DNA from: a virus
Lineage: Duplodnaviria > Caudoviricetes
Length of the DNA stretch: 63,389 nt
Direction: 5' to 3' (one strand)
Virus record (IMG/VR): IMGVR_UViG_3300045921_000040
Span: 1 to 63,389 of that record
The notes below the pieces were generated by a model, which made no database searches, had not been told where the DNA came from, and worked only from the letters and a program-made list of their open reading frames with translations. Position numbers and translations under genes: made by a program. Shown here piece by piece: positions 10,176 through 18,609 of this stretch (the first letter of the stretch is position 1; every line of letters begins with the position of its first letter).

Positions 10176-10430
10176 TCACTTCTTCCGCAACTTGGCGAGG
10201 GTCTGAGCAAATCTAGCGCGTTGCCCCAACTTACCCGGCGCTTTGGCCGCTCTTGCCAGCTTCGCTGCAGGGATCGTTTCCCCCTCCTTCACGCCAAGTT
10301 GAGCTCGAAGTGCACCGGGCTTCTTGATTGCCTTGGAGATGTCCAACTTTTTGGTCTTGCCGCCCTTTGCGTAGACCGAGACCATATTGGGATTATCCCT
10401 CCTACGGATGGTCTTTCTGCCACTGCCCAT
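10176..10430 (-). CDS. Small basic protein
   Basis: K/R-rich; AIKKPGALRAQLG..RARFAQTL. Confidence 0.6.
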   Translation of the reverse strand: MGSGRKTIRRRDNPNMVSVYAKGGKTKKLDISKAIKKPGALRAQLGVKEGETIPAAKLARAAKAPGKLGQRARFAQTLAKLRKK

Positions 10431-10440
10431 AGTTTACCCC

Positions 10441-10776
10441 CTAGAAAATACCAAGAAACTTGCGACGAGACTTCTTCACGGCCTGTCGATCACGCGCTTC
10501 ACAACGTTCAATAATGCCCACTGCTTCAGCATAGCGGGCGTTTGCCTTGTCTAGCTGCCCTGTCTGCGCGTCTGCGAATGCGATCCACTCTCCAACGGTG
10601 GAACCTTGCGGCAAGGGCGCGCCCGGAACCCCCTCGCGCCATTCAGGGGGCAGGAGCGTGCTGCAAGCAGTCGGGGTGCTTAGTATAGGCGGCGCGCCTA
10701 CACAGCCGCTCACGAGCAATAGCGTCAAGCTCAGGAGAAATTGGCGTGTCCGCACCGGGGGCTGAACGTATCGCAT
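10441..10776 (-). CDS. Outer-membrane spanin (Rz1-like lipoprotein)
   Basis: Lipobox LLVSGC, Pro-rich, overlaps the i-spanin 3' end in another frame. Confidence 0.7.
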   Translation of the reverse strand: MRYVQPPVRTRQFLLSLTLLLVSGCVGAPPILSTPTACSTLLPPEWREGVPGAPLPQGSTVGEWIAFADAQTGQLDKANARYAEAVGIIERCEARDRQAVKKSRRKFLGIF

Positions 10777-11029
10777 TGGTATTATCCCTCGTAGTGGCGT
10801 CGATAGCCTCTTCACGCTTCATCTGCTTACCTACCGTAGCTACTGCATCTGTACCGCTTGCAACTGCTGCTTCGGCCTGATTGCGCGAGAGCCGAACCTC
10901 ATCCTTGGCGCTCCCTACGAATATACCACGAATAGCGAAGAACGCCAGAACAAGCAGTAGCACAAGCCCCAACGCGAAGGTAACTTTGCCTAGCGGGGTA
11001 AGGGACCGGAGGAACTTCAAAATGCTCAT
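10643..11029 (-). CDS. Inner-membrane spanin (Rz-like)
   Basis: N-terminal TM helix then helical periplasmic part; directly after the endolysin. Confidence 0.7.
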   Translation of the reverse strand: MSILKFLRSLTPLGKVTFALGLVLLLVLAFFAIRGIFVGSAKDEVRLSRNQAEAAVASGTDAVATVGKQMKREEAIDATTRDNTNAIRSAPGADTPISPELDAIARERLCRRAAYTKHPDCLQHAPAP

Positions 11030-11412
11030 GCCGGATATTCCTTCCAAGGTAGCTGAAAGTGAGGTCCATCCTTAAATTTTCGCCAGTCCCCACCCCACTC
11101 AATAGGAATATTCAGCTCCTTCGCCGCCCGCTTCATGGCGTCAGCAATCTTGTAGTAGAGAGGCCAGTCCCAGCGAACTTGACCGCCAATCAGCGCACCC
11201 AAGTCAACCGCATGCCCGGTAAGGTGGCGAGAGCGCATAGTCCTACTGGCTCCCTGTGCCACAAGTTGCCGTTGCCGTGCCTCAGTGCGCAACCCTTCGA
11301 GGACAGTGAAATCCACTTCACTAATGCTGATAGCTCGTTGGACCACCTTGACTAGATCAGGATGGACACCTTGAAGACGCTGGCGTGACCGCGCCCCTAG
11401 AACGAAACTCAT
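11026..11412 (-). CDS. Endolysin, M15 family L-Ala-D-Glu peptidase
   Basis: EGLRT..RQ, SRHLTGHAVD, WGGDW..DGPHFQL. Confidence 0.9.
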   Translation of the reverse strand: MSFVLGARSRQRLQGVHPDLVKVVQRAISISEVDFTVLEGLRTEARQRQLVAQGASRTMRSRHLTGHAVDLGALIGGQVRWDWPLYYKIADAMKRAAKELNIPIEWGGDWRKFKDGPHFQLPWKEYPA

Positions 11413-11413
11413 G

Positions 11414-11692
11414 TTATTTCCCCTCTTCATGTGATGCACCGTCACTCAACGTCACACCATCCTTGGAACCACTGAAAACCATTCGCCTACCCATCGCCCA
11501 GCCAAGGGCGGTCATACCGACAAGCACCTGCACATGAGCAGCAAGTGCCAGCCAGAAAACGAAACCGGGCTGGTGGCGCAGCAGCCACAGACACCAAATG
11601 ATGATGAGCGTGAAAACCACCGAGCCGCCTATGATGGCGAGGAAACTCAAGGCACGCCTTCCATCATGTGTGCTTATGCTAGGAAATTTCAT
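11414..11692 (-). CDS. Putative holin
   Basis: Two TM segments, immediately upstream of the endolysin. Confidence 0.6.
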   Translation of the reverse strand: MKFPSISTHDGRRALSFLAIIGGSVVFTLIIIWCLWLLRHQPGFVFWLALAAHVQVLVGMTALGWAMGRRMVFSGSKDGVTLSDGASHEEGK

Positions 11693-11695
11693 TGT

Positions 11696-11953
11696 CTAAT
11701 CTTCCAGATCAGCGGCGCTGGCGCGGCAGTGGCCGGGGCCGAAAATGGCGTCCACTACCTTCTCGGCGATCAGCGCCCACCGCTTACCTGCAATCGCATT
11801 GCGGCCCACGCGCGATGAGAACGGCTCGTCGGGATCGGGCTCGCTGCCGCGCCCGGTCAGAACCCACCACAGGCCCGCAATCGTGGTGTTGACGATCCCC
11901 TGCGTCAGCGCCACCGCAAACAGGTAGAACCAGCGTTTGAACCGCGTCCACAT
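11696..11953 (-). CDS. Hypothetical membrane protein
   Basis: PDEPFSSRVGR...HC motif; one TM segment. Confidence 0.6.
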   Translation of the reverse strand: MWTRFKRWFYLFAVALTQGIVNTTIAGLWWVLTGRGSEPDPDEPFSSRVGRNAIAGKRWALIAEKVVDAIFGPGHCRASAADLED

Positions 11954-11955
11954 GG

Positions 11956-12333
11956 CTAAAGCCCCTCGGCGGCGCGGAACAGGTCATCGACCTGCTCATC
12001 GGTGAGGCCGAGCAGCGGCGCGAGCGCGGCGATCAACGGGCTGTCGCGCCGGATTTCGAGCGCATATTCCCACTCGATCTGCGCTGCCCGGCGCGAGAGC
12101 GGATCAGGGATCGCGGCAAGCGCGCCTTCGACATTGTCAAGCAGCCCTGCGCCCAGCAGCGCGAGCCGCGCCTGCCGTGCCGTCACCGCCTCGGGCGGCG
12201 GCGGGGGTGGGGCTTCCTGCCCGAGGCACAGGTAATCGCCCTGCCACCAGGTCTGCTCGCCGAGCGACTGCGCCAGCGCTTCGGCCTCGGCGATCTGGGC
12301 GGGGGTGGGGTTAAGCCATCTGAGAACCGCCAT
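11956..12333 (-). CDS. Tail-fibre associated (assembly/chaperone-like) protein
   Basis: VTARQARLAL..IEWEYA..LGLTDEQVDDLF. Confidence 0.65.
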   Translation of the reverse strand: MAVLRWLNPTPAQIAEAEALAQSLGEQTWWQGDYLCLGQEAPPPPPPEAVTARQARLALLGAGLLDNVEGALAAIPDPLSRRAAQIEWEYALEIRRDSPLIAALAPLLGLTDEQVDDLFRAAEGL

Positions 12334-12334
12334 G

Positions 12335-13297
12335 TCAGTAATCCGTTTCCGCGTAGACCGAGACAAAGTCGATGGCGACTGCCGCCGCCGTGGTATTGTT
12401 TGACACAATCGCGTTGAACGGGGTGAGCAGCACATCTGCCGCTGGCAACACCGCCGCCCCGCCGGTGAGTGTTCCGCTGGCGACGTGCCCAGTGTTGAGC
12501 CGCGTCACCTGCCAGTGCACCGTCTCGGCCACTTCGGGCGGAGCAAACAGCGCCAACTCATAGAGATCGACATTCTCGGTGTTGGCCGGGAAATTGGCTC
12601 CCAGCGGGATCGGCGTCTGCGCCGCCGTGCCACCGTAGAAAATCGAGAGGTTGGCATCTGCGCCTCCCTTGCCGACACCGATAGAGCCGGTCAGCGTTGG
12701 CGGCTCGACATTTCCACCGGCACCGGCATTGTTACGCGCCCCGACAAAGGCGCGCATGTCAGACACCACCGCAGAAAATCCGAACCGAATGACCGCGAAA
12801 AATCCACCCAAGCCTGCCCCATTGCCAAGGGTTAATTGCAGCAAATTGTGCCGCGCGCCAGCGGTCGAGCCTGCAGCGGTCGCAGAAACATAGCCAATCC
12901 GCCGCGTTCGGGTAAACAGGTTGGTCGTGGCGACGGTGCGAGTAGTTGCAGTGCCGGTGGACTGAAATGTCGCACCATCGGTTAAAATTGCGGTGCCATT
13001 GCCGGTAGGGTTGACGCGCAGCACCTTGTTGCGCGCGAGCAGCGGTTGCAGCGCGCTGTTCATCCCGCTTGGTCCTATGAATGCAGGCATCTGCCGCCCG
13101 GCGATCTCGCGGCGGAACAGCCGCACAGTCCCGGCAGGAGGCGCGGCGGGGTCGGTTTGTGCAAGGTCTACAGGATCAGGTCTGAATGCAGACGCCGGAG
13201 CCCGCCGCGTCTCGCCGCCTTGCACCAGCGCAACCGGCTCAGTGCCCACCAGCGGCATCGTCGCCTCAGGTAGCTGGGTTATTTTTTGGTCGGACAT
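12335..13297 (-). CDS. Second tail fibre / receptor-binding protein
   Basis: MSDQKITQLPEA N-terminus typical of phage fibres; beta-rich body. Confidence 0.65.
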   Translation of the reverse strand: MSDQKITQLPEATMPLVGTEPVALVQGGETRRAPASAFRPDPVDLAQTDPAAPPAGTVRLFRREIAGRQMPAFIGPSGMNSALQPLLARNKVLRVNPTGNGTAILTDGATFQSTGTATTRTVATTNLFTRTRRIGYVSATAAGSTAGARHNLLQLTLGNGAGLGGFFAVIRFGFSAVVSDMRAFVGARNNAGAGGNVEPPTLTGSIGVGKGGADANLSIFYGGTAAQTPIPLGANFPANTENVDLYELALFAPPEVAETVHWQVTRLNTGHVASGTLTGGAAVLPAADVLLTPFNAIVSNNTTAAAVAIDFVSVYAETDY

Positions 13298-13476
13298 TAT
13301 GCATTCTCCAGCAAGAGTTTGTCACCACTTTCAAGCAACAAAAAGTCCCCGCTTTCCAAAAGTATTGCGCCGGTCGGGCTAGTAGTCCCGCCGCTCTGAA
13401 ACCCGCTCGCGCCGCTCCAGAGGCCGGAAGCGCCCCTCCATAGCCCAGAGGCGCCGCTGTAGAGCCCAGAAGGCAT
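13297..13476 (-). CDS. 59-aa peptide with SGASGLW and LLLESGD repeats, not in ORF track
   Basis: Translated by hand: MPSGLYSGASGLWRGASGLWSGASG...LLESGDFLLLESGDKLLLENA; TAATG coupling at both ends. Confidence 0.6.
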   Translation of the reverse strand: MPSGLYSGASGLWRGASGLWSGASGFQSGGTTSPTGAILLESGDFLLLESGDKLLLENA

Positions 13477-13805
13477 TACGGATGCAGCCCAGCCTGAAGC
13501 GCCGTCAGAGTAACGCTTCCAGTGCCAGCAGTTTGCCGAACACGTACCGCAACTGGGACAAACGCATAGCTGCCTTGGCGATTTACAGTCTGCGCAACAA
13601 GATTGCTATCCGGGTGGTCGAACCACGTAGGGATCACGTCTTCTTCAAGAGGGTTATCCAGAGTCTGCTGCACCGTATAAGTGGCTGTGCCAGTAACTAC
13701 CACCTGCAGAGACACCTCCGGGCGACCGTAGTAGTCCAACACAATAGGGCGAGAGTTCTTGGCCCCGCCGCTTGCATCGGACACAGATGCCTTAAGCGGA
13801 CGCAT
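13476..13805 (-). CDS. Hypothetical structural protein (beta-sandwich)
   Basis: TYTVQQTLD..WFDH..AVRV. Confidence 0.6.
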   Translation of the reverse strand: MRPLKASVSDASGGAKNSRPIVLDYYGRPEVSLQVVVTGTATYTVQQTLDNPLEEDVIPTWFDHPDSNLVAQTVNRQGSYAFVPVAVRVRQTAGTGSVTLTALQAGLHP

Positions 13806-13806
13806 A

Positions 13807-14163
13807 TTACTTACCCTTCTTCATCCCGCAGCTGCCGCCGCGCTTGAACGTTGCACGAGCGGGACCGCCATAGTTCTGCGAACGCACCATGGCACCCATA
13901 GCGTTACGCCCTGCGAGCCCGCCCATAGCCATCTTGACCATCTTGCCCTTGGTCTTGCCCTTCTTGGCGACACCGTCGATCTTGCCGCCCTTGGCATAGT
14001 TACTCATCGGCTTCTTCTTCATGTTCATTCTCCGCAGGTCTTGAGCTTCACGAGCTTGTTCACGATTGCCGCGTTCAACCGCACCTTTCTGGAGGTCTTC
14101 TACAGTAAGAGAGCGGGGCTTCTTCGGGGCCGCAGTGGGCTTGGGTGCAGGAGGCTTAGCCAT
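13807..14163 (-). CDS. Basic K/G-rich protein
   Basis: YAKGGKIDGVAKKGKTKG. Confidence 0.6.
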   Translation of the reverse strand: MAKPPAPKPTAAPKKPRSLTVEDLQKGAVERGNREQAREAQDLRRMNMKKKPMSNYAKGGKIDGVAKKGKTKGKMVKMAMGGLAGRNAMGAMVRSQNYGGPARATFKRGGSCGMKKGK

Positions 14164-14164
14164 A

Positions 14165-15025
14165 TCACTTCTTCCTTTTCGCTCTGGTTTTTCCGCGAAC
14201 GGCAATGCCGTCGATCTTACCGCCTTTTGCTTTGTTTAGAGTGGGGTCTGAAGCTCGGCCTCGTTCTTGGATATGTCTATACAGCCGCACAAGCGGACTA
14301 GGCTTAGGGACTTTAAAAGGGGTGTCCGGTATATACCTAGGCCCACTACCTGTAAGTCGGCGAAACTCACCTACGGGGTTTTCTGCAGTGTTGCCAGGTT
14401 TTTGGGGCGGCGTGCTTGAACTCTTGGGAGGGACACGTACCTGCCGACCCATGAGCAGCATGTTGTCAACCATGGCCCCAATCGGTCCGCGCCCATCACC
14501 TGTCTTGGTCGAGGTTGAAGGAGGCTGCTTGGCGGTAGAAGGGGCTACAGATTTTTTCTCTCCCTCCAACTCAGTAGTATAGCGCCCGCCATTCCACATG
14601 AAAGTCTTGGCCCCGCTCTTGCGCGCTGCGGCAAAAGCCTTAGAGAACGACTGCCTAGTAGGTTTGTCTTCACCGACCTTGGGGGTCTTTACCTTGGGGA
14701 GGTCGATCTTGGGGGTCTCAATCGGCTTATCGCCGCCCTGAATGATGCTTACCGGCTTGGAGTACTTATCGGGCGAACGGCGCGCGGCTTTCAGGCGCGC
14801 TTCGGCGTCTCTCTCAGCGGCGCGAGTTTGGGTACGGTCCGCACCTGTGCGCTTGGCATAGTCGTCATAGGCGTCCGCAAGGCGCTGCTCACGTTTGGCA
14901 CGCGCCACCTTGTCCGGCTTTCCCCTAGCGAGGGCACGTTGGTAGTCCTTCTCGATATCGGCAAGGCGACGGTCACGCATACGCTCTGCGCGGCCACCTT
15001 CCGAAAACTTCATACGCTTACGCAT
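14165..15025 (-). CDS. Basic protein with FSKAFAAARK..FMWNGGRYTT motif
   Basis: ORF track; AKGGKIDGIA C-terminus. Confidence 0.6.
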   Translation of the reverse strand: MRKRMKFSEGGRAERMRDRRLADIEKDYQRALARGKPDKVARAKREQRLADAYDDYAKRTGADRTQTRAAERDAEARLKAARRSPDKYSKPVSIIQGGDKPIETPKIDLPKVKTPKVGEDKPTRQSFSKAFAAARKSGAKTFMWNGGRYTTELEGEKKSVAPSTAKQPPSTSTKTGDGRGPIGAMVDNMLLMGRQVRVPPKSSSTPPQKPGNTAENPVGEFRRLTGSGPRYIPDTPFKVPKPSPLVRLYRHIQERGRASDPTLNKAKGGKIDGIAVRGKTRAKRKK

Positions 15026-15026
15026 A

Positions 15027-15275
15027 TCACGTATCCTTGCGAAGTTTATCTATTTCGCCCTCAAGGTGTGAAACAGCATTTTCTATACGCGAACAAAACT
15101 TGTCCAACATATCGTTGACCTCTTTACGAGTTATGCTGTCTCGGGCGACTTCCTCACGGGTCTTGTTTAGCAAAATAGCGATTCTATCCAGTTCGTCGAA
15201 CTTGGCCTTGGCAAAGAAGCCGATAACCCCGACAATTCCTGTCAGAATGATATTCCAAACTACCATATCCTGCAT
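15027..15275 (-). CDS. TM plus coiled-coil small protein
   Basis: N-terminal TM, heptad C-terminus. Confidence 0.55.
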   Translation of the reverse strand: MQDMVVWNIILTGIVGVIGFFAKAKFDELDRIAILLNKTREEVARDSITRKEVNDMLDKFCSRIENAVSHLEGEIDKLRKDT

Positions 15276-15276
15276 G

Positions 15277-15786
15277 TCAGCAGTCCCACTTTCTGAGTGA
15301 CAGAGCCTTACGAGTGGGGCGACCCTTCTCGTCTTTCATGTCCTCGTCTGTCATGTCCTGAACATACTCGGGTTCTTCTGGACGCCCGCCCCAATACACT
15401 TCACATTCACCGCAAGCACATTCCCCCCTAATATACATAGCGGCTAGCTCCAACAGCTCAGGGTCGTCTCGGAACTGCCCTAAACCCATATTACACCTCT
15501 GACATAGCGCGCCCCGAACACGCCCCGTGCGGTGATCGTGGTCTACTACAACTTTGCCCGCCTCCCCACAAATAACGCACACTCCCGTGGCCCTAGCCTC
15601 AAATACACGGTGCTGCTGATCCGGCCTAACCCCTACAGGGACTCTATACTCCTTACGGTACTCGTTGCGGCACGCACGACACCAGCTGTCAAACCCAGAA
15701 CGTTTCTGATTGTGCAGCGGAAAATATTCCCGATTAAGCGGTTTGGTCTCTTTACAGCGAGAACAACGGGCTTCTAGCAGTCCCAT
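15277..15786 (-). CDS. Endonuclease VII-family (putative homing) endonuclease
   Basis: CVICG..VDHDHRTGRVRGALCQRCNMGLG; N-terminal CxxC Zn ribbon. Confidence 0.85.
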   Translation of the reverse strand: MGLLEARCSRCKETKPLNREYFPLHNQKRSGFDSWCRACRNEYRKEYRVPVGVRPDQQHRVFEARATGVCVICGEAGKVVVDHDHRTGRVRGALCQRCNMGLGQFRDDPELLELAAMYIRGECACGECEVYWGGRPEEPEYVQDMTDEDMKDEKGRPTRKALSLRKWDC

Positions 15787-16037
15787 ACGCGCCTCGCTTT
15801 GTTAAGGCGGCTGTTGGGGTCTTTGGCCGCTTTAGGGAACATTTTAGCTTGTCCCGCCGAACGGGCACAGAAACTCTTGCGGCGCGCAGCAGCTTTAGGC
15901 GACTTCTTGGCCTGTTTGGCGCTAACCGGAGGTTTCAGGTTCATGCCTTGAGCCTTGGCAGATGCGCGGCCCTTGGCGTTTAGTCCGCCTGCAGGGTTTT
16001 TCCCAGCCTTACGGGTCCAAGCGGGGGTCTTGGCCAT
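15774..16037 (-). CDS. Conserved small basic phage protein
   Basis: GKNPAGGLNAKGR..RRKSFCAR..WDC. Confidence 0.7.
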   Translation of the reverse strand: MAKTPAWTRKAGKNPAGGLNAKGRASAKAQGMNLKPPVSAKQAKKSPKAAARRKSFCARSAGQAKMFPKAAKDPNSRLNKARRVWDC

Positions 16038-16198
16038 TACCGCATCTTTCCTCTGGTATGGCCCTTCTTGGCGATACCATCAGCACGTCGAGCAGGCCCG
16101 CCTTTGGAAAGCTTGGTCAGAGGCTTACCCTTGTGCATATTGCGCTCATGCTTGTGGACGGCGGCTTTGATGGAACCGACCTTGTCATCATTAGCCAT
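16037..16198 (-). CDS. Small basic protein (53 aa), not in ORF track
   Basis: Translated by hand: MANDDKVGSIKAAVHKHERNMHKGKPLTKLSKGG..DGIAKKGHTRGKMR; GGAGG RBS. Confidence 0.65.
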   Translation of the reverse strand: MANDDKVGSIKAAVHKHERNMHKGKPLTKLSKGGPARRADGIAKKGHTRGKMR

Positions 16199-16210
16199 AA
16201 CCAGCCCTCC

Positions 16211-16444
16211 TTATGCAGCGGTGGTCACTGACGTCCAAGTGCTAGCGCCATCCGTATTAATATACGCACGAGTCGAGGTCGAGCTACCATCAGTGCGGAG
16301 GTAAAGCGAACCCTTGGCCGCAGTGAAAGAGGGGGCACCAGCGCCAGAATATACACCGGGGGAGGTGGCGGTCACATCGTTATTAGCGCCGACGATGAAA
16401 CCATTCTTCGTCCTTACCGGACCGGAAAATGTGGAATTAGCCAT
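16211..16444 (-). CDS. Small capsid-associated/fibre-like protein
   Basis: MANSTFSGPV; GAGAP..KGSLYLRTDG motif. Confidence 0.6.
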   Translation of the reverse strand: MANSTFSGPVRTKNGFIVGANNDVTATSPGVYSGAGAPSFTAAKGSLYLRTDGSSTSTRAYINTDGASTWTSVTTAA

Positions 16445-16551
16445 AGCTTTCTCCGTGTAGTAGCACTCGCTGCACAATCCCTACTATGTCTGCCGGACCA
16501 GTCTGTGCAGCTAAAATATTCCGGTTGCTCGCATATACCATTGTAGCAGGC

Positions 16552-16580
16552 AAAAAGAAAGGGGGCAGAAGCCCCCTTTC
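16552..16580 (-). terminator. Rho-independent terminator after the major capsid gene
   Basis: gaaagggggc-agaa-gccccctttc hairpin with a T-run on the minus strand. Confidence 0.8.
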
Positions 16581-16592
16581 ATATGGTCGGTC

Positions 16593-17504
16593 TTAAGTCC
16601 CGCCGGGCGAGCCGTAAATGCCGAGAGGATCGCTCCACGAAAAGCTGTAACGTTCCCGAGCCTTATAGCGAACATTGCCCGTCTCGAAGTCACCATCCAT
16701 CGAGGTGCTCATCGGAGTGCGGACGAAGTGCTTCAGGCCATTCGGCACGTCAGTAGTCAAGTACCACGCATCAGTGTCGGTCAGGAAGTGGTTAACCGCG
16801 TAACCTTCCGGAATCGAACCATTGGTCTTGATGGCGTTGATGTCATTGTCGGCAGTGCCAACACGCAGCTCGGTTTCGAGCAGGCGGGTAGCCGTGAACA
16901 TCAGGCTCGGCGGCACGATGAGCTTACGCGGCTTTGCCGCAATAAGCAGGCCGCGCTCGTCAGTCCAACCAGCAATCTGGATGACTGCAGCCTCAAGCGA
17001 AGTTTCGTTGAGGTCAGCCGCAGTAGCTGGCCTGTTCGAGTTGGTGCCACCACTGACCAGAGGGTGCGCGGTCGAGAACAGCGAAACGCCATCACCGCCG
17101 GGATAGGACGAGTTGAACCCATTGTTCAGGATCGAAGCGGCCTTGGTCTGCTTGGTATAGGCCATGGCGCGAGCCAGAGCCTTGGTATACCGCGAAGACA
17201 GCGAGTCATACAGGTTGTCTTCGATAGCTTCTTCCGTAATCGAGAAACCAAGGGCAATCGTCTCATGGACGTAGCGCGAAGTGTAGACTTCTTGCGCGTT
17301 GTCATAAGTGATGGCCGACCCTTCATTCTTGACCGGGGCTGCGCCGAAGCCGGACAGCTTGGTTTCTTCTTCGAAGGAACGTTCGGAAGTTTCTACTTCG
17401 AAAATCTCCTTATGCTCCTCGCCATACCGCTTGTATTCCAGACCGAACAGAGCGTTCAGTCCCGGCAGGAGCTCCTTGAGGAGTTGTGCGCGTGAAATTG
17501 CCAT
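16593..17504 (-). CDS. Major capsid protein
   Basis: MAISRAQLLKELLPGLNALFG..KLIVPP..YKARERYSFSWSDP; downstream of scaffold; followed by a terminator. Confidence 0.85.
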   Translation of the reverse strand: MAISRAQLLKELLPGLNALFGLEYKRYGEEHKEIFEVETSERSFEEETKLSGFGAAPVKNEGSAITYDNAQEVYTSRYVHETIALGFSITEEAIEDNLYDSLSSRYTKALARAMAYTKQTKAASILNNGFNSSYPGGDGVSLFSTAHPLVSGGTNSNRPATAADLNETSLEAAVIQIAGWTDERGLLIAAKPRKLIVPPSLMFTATRLLETELRVGTADNDINAIKTNGSIPEGYAVNHFLTDTDAWYLTTDVPNGLKHFVRTPMSTSMDGDFETGNVRYKARERYSFSWSDPLGIYGSPGGT

Positions 17505-17516
17505 TGTTCAGTCTCC

Positions 17517-18110
17517 TTAGACGCCGGTAGCACGCTCGTAGAGGTGCATCCCGAAGTTCCACTTGACGATAACCTCGGTGAAGTTACCGGAAGCATTGAC
17601 GGTTTCCGGCACCACGTCGATGATGCGGAGCGGAAGAGTGTTGGTAGTCGCCGTAGTCTGACTGGCAGCGACACGCGAATTGCCAGTAGCAGTGTTACCT
17701 GCGTTCTGAACCAGCGAGGTGTTTTCACCGACAGCTGCACGAGTGACCGAACCAATGGTAGTGCCGGACGAAACGACCGCTACCTTGAACAGCGTATCCG
17801 GATCGTCAACCACATAGGCAACGATGTCGGAAGCAACCGTGTTGGCCGGGTAGTACTGGCGGAAGGTCTTGCCGTACACCGAGTCAGTGAACGAGCACCC
17901 AAGGAACACACCAATCGGCGTAGCCGAGTTAGTGCCAGTTTCCTTGACGAGAGTGCCAGTGGTGGTGAGGGTGACCACATCACCGAAAAAGAGCGACGTG
18001 TTATATCCCGACGCAATCGGGATTTGGCGGGTAGAACCGGCAAAGACCTGACCACCGATCAGGTTAACCGGGAGAAGCCCGTACGGGGCCTCAACTGCGG
18101 GGTATGCCAT
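17517..18110 (-). CDS. Capsid decoration/cement-like protein
   Basis: PYGLLPV..GVFLGC..VVDDPD; adjacent to the MCP. Confidence 0.6.
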   Translation of the reverse strand: MAYPAVEAPYGLLPVNLIGGQVFAGSTRQIPIASGYNTSLFFGDVVTLTTTGTLVKETGTNSATPIGVFLGCSFTDSVYGKTFRQYYPANTVASDIVAYVVDDPDTLFKVAVVSSGTTIGSVTRAAVGENTSLVQNAGNTATGNSRVAASQTTATTNTLPLRIIDVVPETVNASGNFTEVIVKWNFGMHLYERATGV

Positions 18111-18125
18111 GATAAAGCTCCTAGC

Positions 18126-18608
18126 TTATCTGCCTGAACCGAACGTCACCCTCGAACTCCGCTCACTGAAGAGCGGCATCTTCGGGTGGCTTTCGCGCAT
18201 GAAATTGTGGTCCACGGACATAATCTGGTCCTGATTTTTCCGCGTAAAGTATTCGTTACGCTGATCCATCAGCTCTTTCGGGGCCTTGCAAAGCAGCAAG
18301 CCACCGACCTCGATATTGTCCTTGAAGCGGCTGTCAGGATCGACCATCATCTGGAACTTGGGTTGTTCCTCGATGCGAACCGGCTCCCAACCTTCTCTCA
18401 GCTTGGCCGAGATATTGCTGGGGTCGTTCTGGCCGCGAGTAGTAACACGCACCCAACGGTAGACGTATCCGCGTTGCTTATCCGGCTCCGGGAGAAGCGA
18501 GGCGGGCTGCCAAGACTTCACACGTTCCGACTGCTCACGAGTCTTACGTGGGGCACGAGTACTGCCCAGTTCCTCTTCGATGTCGTCCAAAATGCTATTC
18601 TGTGTCAT
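18126..18608 (-). CDS. Conserved head-module protein
   Basis: YRWVR..KLREGWEPV..VGGLLLCK. Confidence 0.65.
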   Translation of the reverse strand: MTQNSILDDIEEELGSTRAPRKTREQSERVKSWQPASLLPEPDKQRGYVYRWVRVTTRGQNDPSNISAKLREGWEPVRIEEQPKFQMMVDPDSRFKDNIEVGGLLLCKAPKELMDQRNEYFTRKNQDQIMSVDHNFMRESHPKMPLFSERSSRVTFGSGR

Positions 18609-18609
18609 G

